From a virus (taxonomy: Duplodnaviria > Caudoviricetes), in IMG/VR virus record IMGVR_UViG_3300013121_000041, positions 46,966 through 110,965 of that record: DNA of 64,000 nt. One strand, 5' to 3'. Within the stretch, counting starts at the first letter, position 1. Every line of letters starts with the position of its first letter. Made by a program: the position numbers and the translations under genes. Positions 19,656 to 29,919 of the stretch are shown one piece after another. Under the pieces are notes generated by a model. It had not been told where the DNA came from and ran no database searches. It was given only the letters and a program-made list of their open reading frames with translations.

Positions 19656-21365
19656 ATGTACGTGCAATTTCATCGGCTGATTTACCGCAATTTTTTATCG
19701 ACGGGGAACTCCCCGATCGAGATTGATTTTCGCAAGTGCCCGAAGACGTTGATCGTCGGGACCAATGGCGTCGGCAAATCGACGATCATTTCGGCACTTT
19801 CGTTCGCACTTTTCGGGAAGGACTTTCGGGGCATCAATAAGCCCGGTCTCGTCAATAGTGTGAATCGCCGCGAGTTAGAGACGATCGTCGAATTTTCCGC
19901 AGCGGGGAAAGAATATAAGATCGTCCGTGGTATCAAGCCGAATAAATTCGAAATATGGATCGACGGCGTCGAACAGCCGCAAATGCCCAACGTCAACGAA
20001 CAGCAGGAATGGTTCGAGAGTAACGTGCTCAGGGCATCGTTGAACAGTTTTCGACAGGTCGTGTTTTTGGGGACAGATTTCGTCCCCTTCATGAAACTCC
20101 CCGCTGCGATGCGCAGGAGCGTGATCGAAGACCTGTGGGATTTGACGGTCTTTTCTCGAATGAACGACGTCCTGAAAAAAAGATTGTCAGACACGAAGGA
20201 TCGACTGGCGACGACCGTTACCGGCGTGAGTGTGGCCCGCGCCAAGATCGACGTCATACGTGACCGTCTCGCGAGGGACCGCGCCCGTCTGGCGGAGGAC
20301 GTTGATCGCAAGCGTACTGAAATAGCGGAGATTGAGGGGAAAGTAGCGGAACTCGTCGGGTCGGCGGCGGAAATTGCCGCGACCATCGCGAAAATCGAAG
20401 CGAAGCACGCCGAACTAAATGGGAGGACCGCGACGCTCCCGAAACTGGAATTACGTCACCGCGAAATCAAGTTGGCGAGAGATCGCGTTGCGAGGGAATT
20501 GAAATTTTTCTCCGAACATGACGTCTGCCCAACGTGTACACAGGGTATCGACGCCGTCATTAAAAGCGAAAAGATGGAGGAATCGTCCGTCGCCGATGCG
20601 GCCTTGGCCACCGAATTTGACGAACTTGATGTGGAAATCGACCGCCTTAAAAAAATTCGCACGAAGATGGACGAACTGATGGTGGCCGTGAACGAATTGC
20701 GCAGGAACGCCGCGTCCGTGGACGCGGAAATTTCCGCCAATCGACGGGCCATCGTAAAGTTACAGACGGACATCACCGATGTAACGGCTCACAATACGAT
20801 CGATGCTGATGAGATTGAAGTCGCAAAATTGATGGATGGCGTCCGTGAACTGGAATGTGAACGGGAGACATTAACGCGCCAGCGGGACGTGCGTCTGGCC
20901 GCAGTCCCATTCCTTAAAGACGATGGTGTGAAGGCGAACATCGTCGATAGTTACATTCCCGTCGTCAATCGTCTGATTAACGAGTATCTGGCGAAGTTCA
21001 ATTTTTACGTACAGTTTGAATTGGATTCCGATTTCAACGAAACGATCCGCTCGCGGTATCGAGATGATTTCCAGTACGCCAATTTTAGCGCCGGGGAGCG
21101 ACAGCGCATCGATCTGGCGATCCTCCTCGCATGGCGGGAGATCGCCAGAATGCGTAATTCCGTGGCTACGTCCATCCTGTTTCTCGACGAGACGCTGGAT
21201 TCGTCAATGGACGCCAACGGCATCAGTGATCTGATGACCATTCTGGGTGAACGCCCGGACCTCAATCTATTCGTGATTTCGCATCGGGAGAACATGGAAG
21301 ATCAATTTGATCGGACCCTGCAATTTACGAAGAACGGCCATTTTACGACGATGACGGAGAAATAG
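19656..21365 (+). CDS. Recombination ATPase gp46 (Rad50/SbcC-like)
   Basis: GTNGVGKS, CPTC zinc hook, FSAGE, LDE. Confidence 0.94.
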   Translation: MYVQFHRLIYRNFLSTGNSPIEIDFRKCPKTLIVGTNGVGKSTIISALSFALFGKDFRGINKPGLVNSVNRRELETIVEFSAAGKEYKIVRGIKPNKFEIWIDGVEQPQMPNVNEQQEWFESNVLRASLNSFRQVVFLGTDFVPFMKLPAAMRRSVIEDLWDLTVFSRMNDVLKKRLSDTKDRLATTVTGVSVARAKIDVIRDRLARDRARLAEDVDRKRTEIAEIEGKVAELVGSAAEIAATIAKIEAKHAELNGRTATLPKLELRHREIKLARDRVARELKFFSEHDVCPTCTQGIDAVIKSEKMEESSVADAALATEFDELDVEIDRLKKIRTKMDELMVAVNELRRNAASVDAEISANRRAIVKLQTDITDVTAHNTIDADEIEVAKLMDGVRELECERETLTRQRDVRLAAVPFLKDDGVKANIVDSYIPVVNRLINEYLAKFNFYVQFELDSDFNETIRSRYRDDFQYANFSAGERQRIDLAILLAWREIARMRNSVATSILFLDETLDSSMDANGISDLMTILGERPDLNLFVISHRENMEDQFDRTLQFTKNGHFTTMTEK

Positions 21366-21366
21366 A

Positions 21367-21855
21367 GTGGATTTGAAGATCGTTGCCGACGCCCTCAATA
21401 CACCTACCGAAGATTTTAATTTTGCCTCGCCCCAGTATGATCCGATCGAATTGGTAGACGGGATGGTCGCCGTCGCCGTCGCGAACAGGGGTCTCGGTCT
21501 GGCGGCGAATCAGGTCGGTCTCCGTGTGTCCGTCCTCGTGTTCGGAGACCCCGGTGACCCGTCATCCTACGCGGCGTTGTTCAATCCGCGAATCATCGAT
21601 CTTGCCGGTGAGGCGTACTACGCTCAGGAGGGGTGCCTATCGTTCCCCGGTCTGTGGCCGAAGGTCAAACGTTCACCTTCCGTTCGCGTCCGCTACGCGG
21701 ATCGTTCGGGGGTCGTGACGACGGAGCTATTTCAAGGGGTTACGGCGAGGGTCGTCCAACACGAGATCGACCATCTGTTGGGGATCACGTTCATAAAACG
21801 GGCGACCAAGTTTCACATCGATCAGGCTCGTCGTCAGGCCAGACGAGTTAAATGA
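21367..21855 (+). CDS. def: Peptide deformylase
   Basis: GLGLAANQVG, EGCLS, QHEIDHL. Confidence 0.93.
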   Translation: MDLKIVADALNTPTEDFNFASPQYDPIELVDGMVAVAVANRGLGLAANQVGLRVSVLVFGDPGDPSSYAALFNPRIIDLAGEAYYAQEGCLSFPGLWPKVKRSPSVRVRYADRSGVVTTELFQGVTARVVQHEIDHLLGITFIKRATKFHIDQARRQARRVK

Positions 21856-21916
21856 AAAATATCTTGACATTTTTGCCGAAACCAGTTACGTGGGACTTCT
21901 TTCATCGGGGGTCATC

Positions 21917-23665
21917 ATGAAACAAAATTCCGGCGTCGTGGAAATGGGAGCACATTCCGTCTTCTCGCGGTTGCTCGCGGCCGAAGACGTCACCGTCCTT
22001 CACACCGACGATCCGACGGCCTCTTTTGACGTCGTGAAACGTGTTCTCCGTCTCCCACGCTGGGACGTGTCCGACACCGTTTATAGCTGGTTGATCGTTC
22101 ATGAGGTCGGCCACGCACTCCTGACGCCGCCAGACGAATTGCACACCGCGATCATGTCGAAAGAGAAATGGGAGCGGCCGATCTTCGCACAGGTGCTGAA
22201 CGTCGTTGAGGACGTGCGGGTTGACCGTCGCCAGAAACGGAAATTTCCGGGCGTGAAAACGTGGTACGCGGCGGCGGCCGAAGAGGCCGTCGCGGAAGAC
22301 CTGTTTCAGTTGTCGAAGGTAGAAGACGTCAACAAAATGTCCTTCGTTGATCGCATCAACCTGTACTTCAAACTCGGTATTTACGATCTTTCGGACGTGT
22401 CGTTCACGGACGAAGAGATTGAAATCGTCGAACGGATTCGCGGCCTCGAAGAATTTCACGAGGTCGTAGCCGAGGCCGAAAAATTGTTCGAACGCCATAA
22501 GCAGGACGCGCAGAAAATCCTCACTGCGTCCGACGATTCTGGCGACTCCGCTGGTGATGGTAAAGGCGTAGACGTGATCGAAGTGTCTGGCGACGAACTC
22601 ACAGACCTCCTGAAAAAAGCATTTCGTTATGGGAAGATGGACGTCAAATCACAGAAGAACCTTGAAAAGGCCGTCGCGGCGACGATCGTAAAATCGACGT
22701 CACACGTCGAGCACATCGTCGATCCTGTGAAAAATGTCGTCGTGACTAAATCTTATCTGGGCCTTCCAGATGCCGGGTGTTTCAGGACGGCTACAGATTC
22801 GGCCGCCAATATTTCGTTCATGGTGTCGTCCTTCGAACGACGGAAGCGGGCACGTGCACTTGAGAAGGTGGGCGAATCGAAGACCGGTTCAATCGACACG
22901 AAACGGTTGTGGAGTTTCATGACGGAGGACGACATTTTCTTGCGCCGGGCGACTGAACCGAAACACACGAATCATGGGTTCGTGTTGTTGATCGACATGT
23001 CCGGTTCGATGTCCGATTCACAACGCGGTGTTTTTTATCAGGCGTGGTTAACGGCCAGTTTCGCCCGCCGCATCGGCGTACCTTTTGAAATCTATGGTTT
23101 CTCCTCTGGCGGTGAAAACAAGAATGTTTTTGGATCACACCAACTCACGAAGTTTTGCACTAACCTCTCCACTCCAGAAGAGATCGTGTCTCTCCTGAAA
23201 GTGGCGACCGGTTCGTCGAGCATTGCACAGGGAGGGACGCCGTTGACTTCGACGATGGTGTCGATGGTGCATCTGGTTGATGATTTTCGCCGTCGTACTG
23301 GCGTCGATGTGATGAATTTCTTCCTCCTGTCGGATGGCGAGTGTGATATTTCTACCGACGACAAATCATCGTTCATCGATCAGAAGACGAAGGGTCGGTA
23401 TTCGGCCGAACTGTCGTATCACGGGGGCATGAACCTCGTTCCGGGGATGCTTCGTTTCATGAAGGATCACACGGGCGCTCGGGTGACGGTGTTCTACATC
23501 ACCGACGAACAGAAAAGTGAGGGGAAGAATTACGGCAATTTCACCACGGTCGAAGGAAAATACGGGGCCGACACGACGTTTTTCGTGCGGTCGGCGTCGT
23601 TTGGCCAATTGACCAATCGCAATAATAGGGTTATGTTCGACAAGATCGTCGAAGCCATGGCTTGA
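21917..23665 (+). CDS. CobT-like vWA protein with N-terminal HExxH domain
   Basis: HEVGHAL, NVVEDVR, DMSGSM MIDAS, GGTPL, SDGE. Confidence 0.8.
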   Translation: MKQNSGVVEMGAHSVFSRLLAAEDVTVLHTDDPTASFDVVKRVLRLPRWDVSDTVYSWLIVHEVGHALLTPPDELHTAIMSKEKWERPIFAQVLNVVEDVRVDRRQKRKFPGVKTWYAAAAEEAVAEDLFQLSKVEDVNKMSFVDRINLYFKLGIYDLSDVSFTDEEIEIVERIRGLEEFHEVVAEAEKLFERHKQDAQKILTASDDSGDSAGDGKGVDVIEVSGDELTDLLKKAFRYGKMDVKSQKNLEKAVAATIVKSTSHVEHIVDPVKNVVVTKSYLGLPDAGCFRTATDSAANISFMVSSFERRKRARALEKVGESKTGSIDTKRLWSFMTEDDIFLRRATEPKHTNHGFVLLIDMSGSMSDSQRGVFYQAWLTASFARRIGVPFEIYGFSSGGENKNVFGSHQLTKFCTNLSTPEEIVSLLKVATGSSSIAQGGTPLTSTMVSMVHLVDDFRRRTGVDVMNFFLLSDGECDISTDDKSSFIDQKTKGRYSAELSYHGGMNLVPGMLRFMKDHTGARVTVFYITDEQKSEGKNYGNFTTVEGKYGADTTFFVRSASFGQLTNRNNRVMFDKIVEAMA

Positions 23666-23678
23666 AGGGGAGAATATC

Positions 23679-24773
23679 ATGGAACTGGCAGTCGCTTTGA
23701 AGCGTCATTACAAGCGGGACGTCATCGATCAGAATGACGTTGAAAAATTCATCGCTGAAAACGGGATCGACGCCAAGAAGGCGTGGAAGTCTCTCTCTTC
23801 GTATCGGAAGCAGAAGACGGTCGATCTCACTGACATTGAGGGTTCGATGATCGAAGAATACGCTGAACAGATGTACGTCCCCGAAAAGGAAGACCTGTAC
23901 GTCGTCACGACGTATCACAACGAGATCAAGAACATCATCGAGTCGAAGATTTTCTTTCCGACCATGATCACCGGACCTTCCGGTGTGGGAAAGACGATGA
24001 CCGTCAGGCAGGTGTGTGCGGAACTCGGTCGTGAGATGATTCGCGTCAACATCACGATCGAAACCGACGAGGACTCCCTGATGGGTGGGTTCCGTCTCGT
24101 GAACGGTTCGACCGCGTTTCACAAAGGTCCTGTCATCACCGCCATGGAACGTGGTGCCGTCCTCGTTCTCGACGAGTACGATCTGGGATCGCCGACCCGG
24201 ATGATGTGCCTTCAGTCGATCATGGAAAATCAGGGCTACCTGATCAAACGGACGGGTGAACTCGTGAAGCCCGCTCCGGGGTTCATGATCTTCGCCACGG
24301 CCAACACGAAGGGCGCGGGTGACGTTGACGGCCGTTACATCGGAACGCAGATTTTCAACGAAGCGGCCCTCGACCGCTTTCCCTGCACGATCACCGCCGA
24401 CTACCCGTCGCGGGAACACGAGAAAGGCGTCCTTGAACGGGCTTTCTCGGCGTATAACGTCGATGATGCGGGGAAGATTGAACTTCTTTTGAACTGGGTG
24501 GAGCAGGTTCGAAAATTGGGTGAAAAGAACGCTAATCTCCGCGATCTGTCGATTTCCACCCGTCGCCTCGTGGACATCAGCAAGGCCGCCAAAATCTTCG
24601 GGGGAGACCTTCGGGCGGCGATCGAGGCTTGCATCAACCGATATACGGAGGATCAGGTCGTTTCTTTAATGAAAGTCTACGATTCCTTGATTCCGACCAC
24701 CGACACTCCGGAGGCTAAACCCAAGCGTCGGACCAAGTTGGATGAGACCCTTGAATCGCTCGAAGCGTGGTGA
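23679..24773 (+). CDS. CobS/MoxR-like AAA+ ATPase
   Basis: GPSGVGKT, LDEYD, ATANTKGAG, NEAALDRF, ISTRRL. Confidence 0.88.
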   Translation: MELAVALKRHYKRDVIDQNDVEKFIAENGIDAKKAWKSLSSYRKQKTVDLTDIEGSMIEEYAEQMYVPEKEDLYVVTTYHNEIKNIIESKIFFPTMITGPSGVGKTMTVRQVCAELGREMIRVNITIETDEDSLMGGFRLVNGSTAFHKGPVITAMERGAVLVLDEYDLGSPTRMMCLQSIMENQGYLIKRTGELVKPAPGFMIFATANTKGAGDVDGRYIGTQIFNEAALDRFPCTITADYPSREHEKGVLERAFSAYNVDDAGKIELLLNWVEQVRKLGEKNANLRDLSISTRRLVDISKAAKIFGGDLRAAIEACINRYTEDQVVSLMKVYDSLIPTTDTPEAKPKRRTKLDETLESLEAW

Positions 24774-24785
24774 TATAAGAAGATG

Positions 24786-24812
24786 AAAGGGGGCGGCTTC
24801 GCCCTCTTTTTT
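24786..24812 (+). terminator. Rho-independent terminator
   Basis: aaagggggcg-gctt-cgccctcttt followed by T run. Confidence 0.75.
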
Positions 24813-24822
24813 CAACTAACCG

Positions 24823-25698
24823 ATGGGAATATTTTCACAAATGCAGATCGATCTAGTCAAGCTGCGGTCGAAGAAAATGATGATCGCAACGCCGATGTAC
24901 GGGGGACAGGGGCACGGTCTTTATTTTGATTCCATGTTGAAATTGAAGTCTCTCGTGAGAGAATTGAATCTACCTGACTTCATTTTTTACTCTCAATTCT
25001 CGGAATCGCTCATCCCGCGAGCGAGAAACTACTGTGCGGCGGATTTTCTCGACACCAAGGCGACCCACCTCCTATTCATCGACGCCGACATCCACTTCAA
25101 TCCGCAGGATGTGATCGCACTTCTGCACCTATCGGAACAGGACGGTCCATACGACGTTCTCTGTGGACCATATGCGAAGAAACACGTCGCATGGGAAAAA
25201 ATCCGCGAGGCCGTGAACAAAGGGGTCGCCGATAAAGACCCGACTGTCCTAGAAAAGCTGGTCGGCGATTGTGTTTTCAATCCCATCAAGGGCGGTGAAT
25301 TCAAGGTTTCGGAATTGATGGAAGTGGCGGAATCCGGCACCGGGTTCATGTTGATTAAACGCCACGTTCTGGAACGAATCGCCGAACAGAGGCCAGACCT
25401 ACGATACAAGCCGGATCACGTCCGCTCGTCCTTCGACGGGTCGAAGGAAATCACCTGTTTCTTCGATGCCGGTATCGATCCCGACAGTCGTCGCTACCTC
25501 AGCGAAGACTATTCTTTCTGTAAAATCGTCAGACAGCTTGGTATGAAAATCTGGATCGCCCCGTGGATGAAGACGATCCACATCGGGCAGATGTATTACC
25601 ATGCCGACATCACTGCACAGAGTGCGTTGAACTTGACGCCGACCGTCGATGCTGAAAAGATCGGCAAGAAACACCTCGCGTCGAAGGTGAAGAAATGA
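24823..25698 (+). CDS. Glycosyltransferase-like protein (GT-A)
   Basis: IATPMYGG, ESLIPRARN, FIDADI, GTGFMLI, YLSEDY.FC. Confidence 0.75.
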   Translation: MGIFSQMQIDLVKLRSKKMMIATPMYGGQGHGLYFDSMLKLKSLVRELNLPDFIFYSQFSESLIPRARNYCAADFLDTKATHLLFIDADIHFNPQDVIALLHLSEQDGPYDVLCGPYAKKHVAWEKIREAVNKGVADKDPTVLEKLVGDCVFNPIKGGEFKVSELMEVAESGTGFMLIKRHVLERIAEQRPDLRYKPDHVRSSFDGSKEITCFFDAGIDPDSRRYLSEDYSFCKIVRQLGMKIWIAPWMKTIHIGQMYYHADITAQSALNLTPTVDAEKIGKKHLASKVKK

Positions 25699-26006
25699 CC
25701 GACGGAGATTTCAAATTTCGATTTGGCGAGGGGGAATTGCTCGCTCGCGTCGAGGAATACGTGAGAAAAACTTACGGTCAACACTATGCGGCCGGGAATC
25801 ACAAGATACAGGCCATTGAATTCATCATGGATTCGTGTGAAGGGGGGATCGATTTCCTGCGCGGTAATGCCTTGAAGTACATCGCTCGATGGGGGAAGAA
25901 GGACGGTCGCAACGAGAAGGACCTTTTCAAAGCGATCCACTACATTATCCTCATGCACCACTATTCACAGAGAGACGAAAATGAAACTATCTCCGACGAC
26001 AATTGA
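25695..26006 (+). CDS. DUF3310-like protein
   Basis: TYGQHY, GNALKYIARWGKK, DLFKAIHY. Confidence 0.75.
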   Translation: MTDGDFKFRFGEGELLARVEEYVRKTYGQHYAAGNHKIQAIEFIMDSCEGGIDFLRGNALKYIARWGKKDGRNEKDLFKAIHYIILMHHYSQRDENETISDDN

Positions 26007-26652
26007 AGTTCTCCAGTCGTTCGCTGGCATCAACAACTCCATGTTGTTTTACGGTGGGACGAAACAGCGTATCCTCACACCGACGCAAACGCTCATCGCC
26101 GAAGTTGAGTTGGCAGATTCGTTTCCGATGGATTTCGGCATTTACGACCTGTCACAATTTCTCGGTCTGATCTCCCTGTTCAAGGACCCGGAATTTGAAT
26201 TTGGTTCGGGGAACGTCACCATTCGTGAGGGTGGGCAGGAGGTCAATTATCGGTATTGTAATCCAGACTTGATCAAGACCATCCCGAAGGACAAGAACGT
26301 CGTCTTCGGAACGACGGCCGTGGCCATCACACTCACCAGAGAAATTCTCAATCGGCTGATGAAGATGACCCGTCTTCTCGGGATCGACCACATTGCCATC
26401 GTCGGAGACGGAACGAAGATCGTTGCGAAGACGTTGAACCTAAAAGACCCCAACGCTTCGAACGCTTCGTTCGACGTCGGCGAGAGCGACCTTCGTTTTA
26501 CGCTCGTCGTGTCGGCCGACAATCTGCGGATCATGCCGCATGATTATGACGTGAAGATTTCGAAAAGCAGTCTCCTGCGTTTCGAGTCCAAGACGATGCC
26601 CCTGACGTACACGATGTCGGCGGAGAAGAAACACTCGTCGTGGAGTGAGTGA
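25981..26652 (+). CDS. Sliding clamp gp45
   Basis: MKLS..T..L..FAGIN, FGIYDLSQFL. Confidence 0.92.
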   Translation: MKLSPTTIEVLQSFAGINNSMLFYGGTKQRILTPTQTLIAEVELADSFPMDFGIYDLSQFLGLISLFKDPEFEFGSGNVTIREGGQEVNYRYCNPDLIKTIPKDKNVVFGTTAVAITLTREILNRLMKMTRLLGIDHIAIVGDGTKIVAKTLNLKDPNASNASFDVGESDLRFTLVVSADNLRIMPHDYDVKISKSSLLRFESKTMPLTYTMSAEKKHSSWSE

Positions 26653-27590
26653 TGGACGTCCGTGAGACCATCTGGTTTCAGAAACATCGGCCGAAGACTA
26701 TCGACGATTGCATCCTTCCGGCGGACCTCAAGGACCTGTTCAAGAAGTTCGTCGCGAAGGGTGACATCCCCAATCTGATTTTTTCCGGGCCTTCCGGTGT
26801 CGGTAAAACGACCGTCGCGAGGGCGATGTTGGAGGAAATGGGATTGGAGTATTACTTCATCAACGCCTCGTTATCGGGAAACATCGACACTTTACGCAAT
26901 GAGATCACCCAGTGGGCGTCATCCGTGTCGTTCAATGGAAAACGCCGTTTCATCATCCTCGACGAGGCCGATCATCTGACGGGGGCGACGCAGGCGGCGT
27001 TGCGGGGGTTCATGGAAGAATTTTCCATGTCTTCGGGATTTTTGCTCACGTGCAACGCTCTCCCTCGAATAGTCGAACCAATCCAAGGACGTTGTGCGAT
27101 CGTCCATTTCACCGTTCCCGACTCCGAGAAGAACGACATGCTCAAGGCCACGGCTCAGGCTATGTTTAACGTTTTAGATATGGAGGGCGTCGATTACGAT
27201 CCGAAGGCCGTCGTCAAACTCGTCAAGGGATTGTTCCCGGACGTTCGGCGGATCGTCAATGAATTGCAACGACACGCTTCGCGCGGACCCATCGATGATG
27301 GTGTTCTGGCGTCGTTGCGTGACGGCAAGATGGAGGAACTCGTCGGCGCGCTGAAACGGGGAAAGTTCAATGACATGCGCAAATGGGTGACGGATAACGC
27401 TGACGTCGAGTTTAACGTGTTGTGCGAACGTCTCTACGGGGCCATCGTCAACGTGGCACAGCCGGAGTCCATTCCCGCTGCGATCATGATCCTCAATCGC
27501 CACGATTATCAACATTCTTTCGTCGCCAACAGGGAATTGAACCTCGTGGCGATGCTCACGTCCCTGATGATCGAGGTTCAATTCAAATGA
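26652..27590 (+). CDS. Clamp loader large subunit gp44
   Basis: KHRP, GPSGVGKTT, DEAD, Q.ALR, FPDVRR..NELQ. Confidence 0.94.
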   Translation: MDVRETIWFQKHRPKTIDDCILPADLKDLFKKFVAKGDIPNLIFSGPSGVGKTTVARAMLEEMGLEYYFINASLSGNIDTLRNEITQWASSVSFNGKRRFIILDEADHLTGATQAALRGFMEEFSMSSGFLLTCNALPRIVEPIQGRCAIVHFTVPDSEKNDMLKATAQAMFNVLDMEGVDYDPKAVVKLVKGLFPDVRRIVNELQRHASRGPIDDGVLASLRDGKMEELVGALKRGKFNDMRKWVTDNADVEFNVLCERLYGAIVNVAQPESIPAAIMILNRHDYQHSFVANRELNLVAMLTSLMIEVQFK

Positions 27591-28054
27591 CCGGGGACAT
27601 CCGCGCCGAGGACCTGATCGTCGATATGTCGGCGGACGCCGATGAAGGCGGTCCGGTCATGAAAGCACCGTCGAAGAAAAAGAAGAAAGAGGGGCGTCGT
27701 CCATACTGGTTCTACACGGATTCCATCGATAAGGGTAATTATGAGTGGGATTCCGCTTCTGCCGTTGAGTACAATCAATTTGCCGTCGGGCAGCATTATT
27801 CCTTCTTCAAAGATACGGTCATGCTCGCAAACGTCATGAACGTCACGCAAACTGACGTCCCTAAGAGACATTATGATTTCCTGTTTCATTCCGTTCCCCA
27901 CAAGAAACGGTGGTATCCCGCAGAGGACAAAAAACGTGGCGTCGTGGATCGAATTGACGAAATCAGTCACTTCCTCGAAGTGTCGCGGTCGCGTGACAAT
28001 ATTTCACCCACTCCCCTTGTGCCCGACCAGGGTCGCCACCACATCGTTACCTGA
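27587..28054 (+). CDS. Clamp loader small subunit gp62, copy 1 (C-terminus replaced; possibly pseudogene)
   Basis: Paralogue of 28874..29359; similarity ends after ISHFLEVSR. Confidence 0.7.
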   Translation: MTGDIRAEDLIVDMSADADEGGPVMKAPSKKKKKEGRRPYWFYTDSIDKGNYEWDSASAVEYNQFAVGQHYSFFKDTVMLANVMNVTQTDVPKRHYDFLFHSVPHKKRWYPAEDKKRGVVDRIDEISHFLEVSRSRDNISPTPLVPDQGRHHIVT

Positions 28055-28079
28055 AAGGTAACAAGGAAGCAAACAATGC

Positions 28080-28137
28080 CCTTTTCAAAGCGATCCACTA
28101 CATCATCCTCATGCACCACTATTCACAGAGAGACGAA
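28080..28137. repeat. 58-bp copy (1 mismatch) of 25922..25979
   Basis: ccttttcaaagcgatccactacat(t/c)atcctcatgcaccactattcacagagagacgaa at both sites. Confidence 0.9.
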
Positions 28138-28141
28138 CTTG

Positions 28142-28855
28142 ATGTGGCCATTTTTCACATTCTACGGCAGTAAATGGCGCGCTGCGCCGCGCTATCCATC
28201 TCCCGCCTATAGCACGATAATTGAGCCTTTTGCGGGCGCGGCAGGCTATGCCGTTCGACACTACGACCACGATGTCATATTGGTCGAGAAAGACCCTGAA
28301 ATCGCAGCGTTGTGGCGCTACCTGATCGCGGCGACCCGCACGGAGATCGAGGCGCTTCCGCTGATAGAAATGGATCAGTCAGTAAACGACTTGGCGGTCT
28401 CGCCAGCAGCGCGAACCTTGATCGGGTTTTGGTTAAACAAGGGAACCGCCTCGCCATGCAAGACGCCGGGCGCTTGGATGCGTGAGGGACTTAGACCGAA
28501 GTCGTTTTGGGGTCCTGAAATACGCGCCAGAATTGCGGATCAGGTGGATCGCATTTCACACTGGCGCGTGATTGAAGGTTCTTATGAGAACGCACCAGAC
28601 ATTAAGGCTACGTGGTTTATCGACCCTCCCTATAAGGGCGCGGGAAAGCTATATCGCCACAACTCCAAAAGCATAGATTTTGCCGATCTGGGTCGGTGGT
28701 GCCAAGAGCGGCGCGGTCAGGTCATGGTGTGCGAAAACGATGGAGCTGACTGGCTTCCATTCGAACCGTTCATTGAAATCAAATCGACCGAAGGAAAGCG
28801 CGGAAAGGCCAAGAGCCGTGAGGCCCTTTGGACTAGGGATAGCGGCAATGGGTGA
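28142..28855 (+). CDS. Orphan DNA amino-methyltransferase (Dam/D12-like)
   Basis: YGSK, EPFAGAAG (SAM binding), FIDPPY; alternative start 28076. Confidence 0.82.
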   Translation: MWPFFTFYGSKWRAAPRYPSPAYSTIIEPFAGAAGYAVRHYDHDVILVEKDPEIAALWRYLIAATRTEIEALPLIEMDQSVNDLAVSPAARTLIGFWLNKGTASPCKTPGAWMREGLRPKSFWGPEIRARIADQVDRISHWRVIEGSYENAPDIKATWFIDPPYKGAGKLYRHNSKSIDFADLGRWCQERRGQVMVCENDGADWLPFEPFIEIKSTEGKRGKAKSREALWTRDSGNG

Positions 28856-28873
28856 AAACCGAAGAGGCGTGAA

Positions 28874-29359
28874 ATGAGTGACGACGTTCGTGCCGAAGAC
28901 CTGATCGTCGACCCATCGGCCTCTCAGGACGAAGGTGGGCCTGTCGTCAAGTCAACGCGGAAAAAGAAGAAAGAGGGGCGACGGCCCTATTGGTTCTACA
29001 CGGATTCCATCGACAAGGGGAATTATTCATGGGACGGTGCGTCGGACGGGGAGTACAACCAGTTTGCCGTCGGACACCATTACTCCTTCTTTAAGGACAC
29101 CGTTCTACTCGCCAATATTTTGAACGTAACGCAGTCCGACGTTTCGAAACGGCACTACGACTTCCTGTTCCATTCCGTGGCCCATCGGAAGCGGTGGTAT
29201 CCGGCGGAGAATAAAAAGCGGGGGGCGATCGACAGGATCGACGAGATCAGTCATTTCCTGCAATTATCTCACGCCCGCGCCGTGGAGTTCATCGGCATCC
29301 TCACGGAAGGACAGTACGTCGATTTAATTGCAAAAATCGACGAGGGGGGTCGTTCATAA
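28874..29359 (+). CDS. Clamp loader small subunit gp62, copy 2 (intact)
   Basis: YNQF, DTVLLAN.LN, HYDFL, KRW, C-terminal GG; between gp44 and regA. Confidence 0.8.
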   Translation: MSDDVRAEDLIVDPSASQDEGGPVVKSTRKKKKEGRRPYWFYTDSIDKGNYSWDGASDGEYNQFAVGHHYSFFKDTVLLANILNVTQSDVSKRHYDFLFHSVAHRKRWYPAENKKRGAIDRIDEISHFLQLSHARAVEFIGILTEGQYVDLIAKIDEGGRS

Positions 29360-29384
29360 ATACACCGTAACCATTCGGTGTGTG

Positions 29385-29843
29385 ATGAAAATTGATCCCC
29401 CTTCGGTGAAGGTCGCCTCGTTCATTCAGGTTCGTCTCGCGGCCCCCGACGATTTCCTGAAAGTGAGGGAGACCCTCACGCGAGTCGGCAGATCGTCGGT
29501 GCCGAAAAAGACGTTATGGCAGGCGTGCCACATCCTTCACAAACGGGGCAATTATTACATCGTCCATTTCAAGGAGATGTTGGGTCTGGACGGAAAGCAG
29601 ATCATCCTCACGGAGGAGGACGTGGCGTGGAGGAATACGATCGCCAACATGCTGGCGACGTGGGGCCTCGTCGAACTCGTTGATCCGCCGAAATCGGCGT
29701 TTCCGACGGTACCCATATCCAAAATAACGGTCCTCCCCTTCAAAGAGAAGGCCCGTTGGCGGATGGAATCGAAGTACACGGTCGGTCGTAAGGTGAAACA
29801 ACGAGGTCCCCTGCACGATTTCGACGATTTCACCGCTATTTGA
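29385..29843 (+). CDS. regA: Translational repressor RegA
   Basis: DDFLKVRETLTRVG, CHILHKRG.YYIVHFKE, RNTIA.ML..WGL. Confidence 0.93.
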   Translation: MKIDPPSVKVASFIQVRLAAPDDFLKVRETLTRVGRSSVPKKTLWQACHILHKRGNYYIVHFKEMLGLDGKQIILTEEDVAWRNTIANMLATWGLVELVDPPKSAFPTVPISKITVLPFKEKARWRMESKYTVGRKVKQRGPLHDFDDFTAI

Positions 29844-29859
29844 TTTTTTCTCCCGGCGA

Positions 29860-29867
29860 TATAAATA
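29860..29867 (+). promoter_or_regulatory. Late promoter TATAAATA
   Basis: Exact T4 consensus upstream of the Hsp20 gene. Confidence 0.7.
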
Positions 29868-29919
29868 GTGGCGACTGGCCTACGGGCAGTCCATCATCTC
29901 GCTAGTATAGGAGAAAACC

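Noticed and set aside
21917-24773. Cobalamin biosynthesis (cobS/cobT) as an auxiliary metabolic pathway
   Set aside because: AAA plus vWA pairs of this type are common in T4-like phages; no cobN or other cob genes in the window
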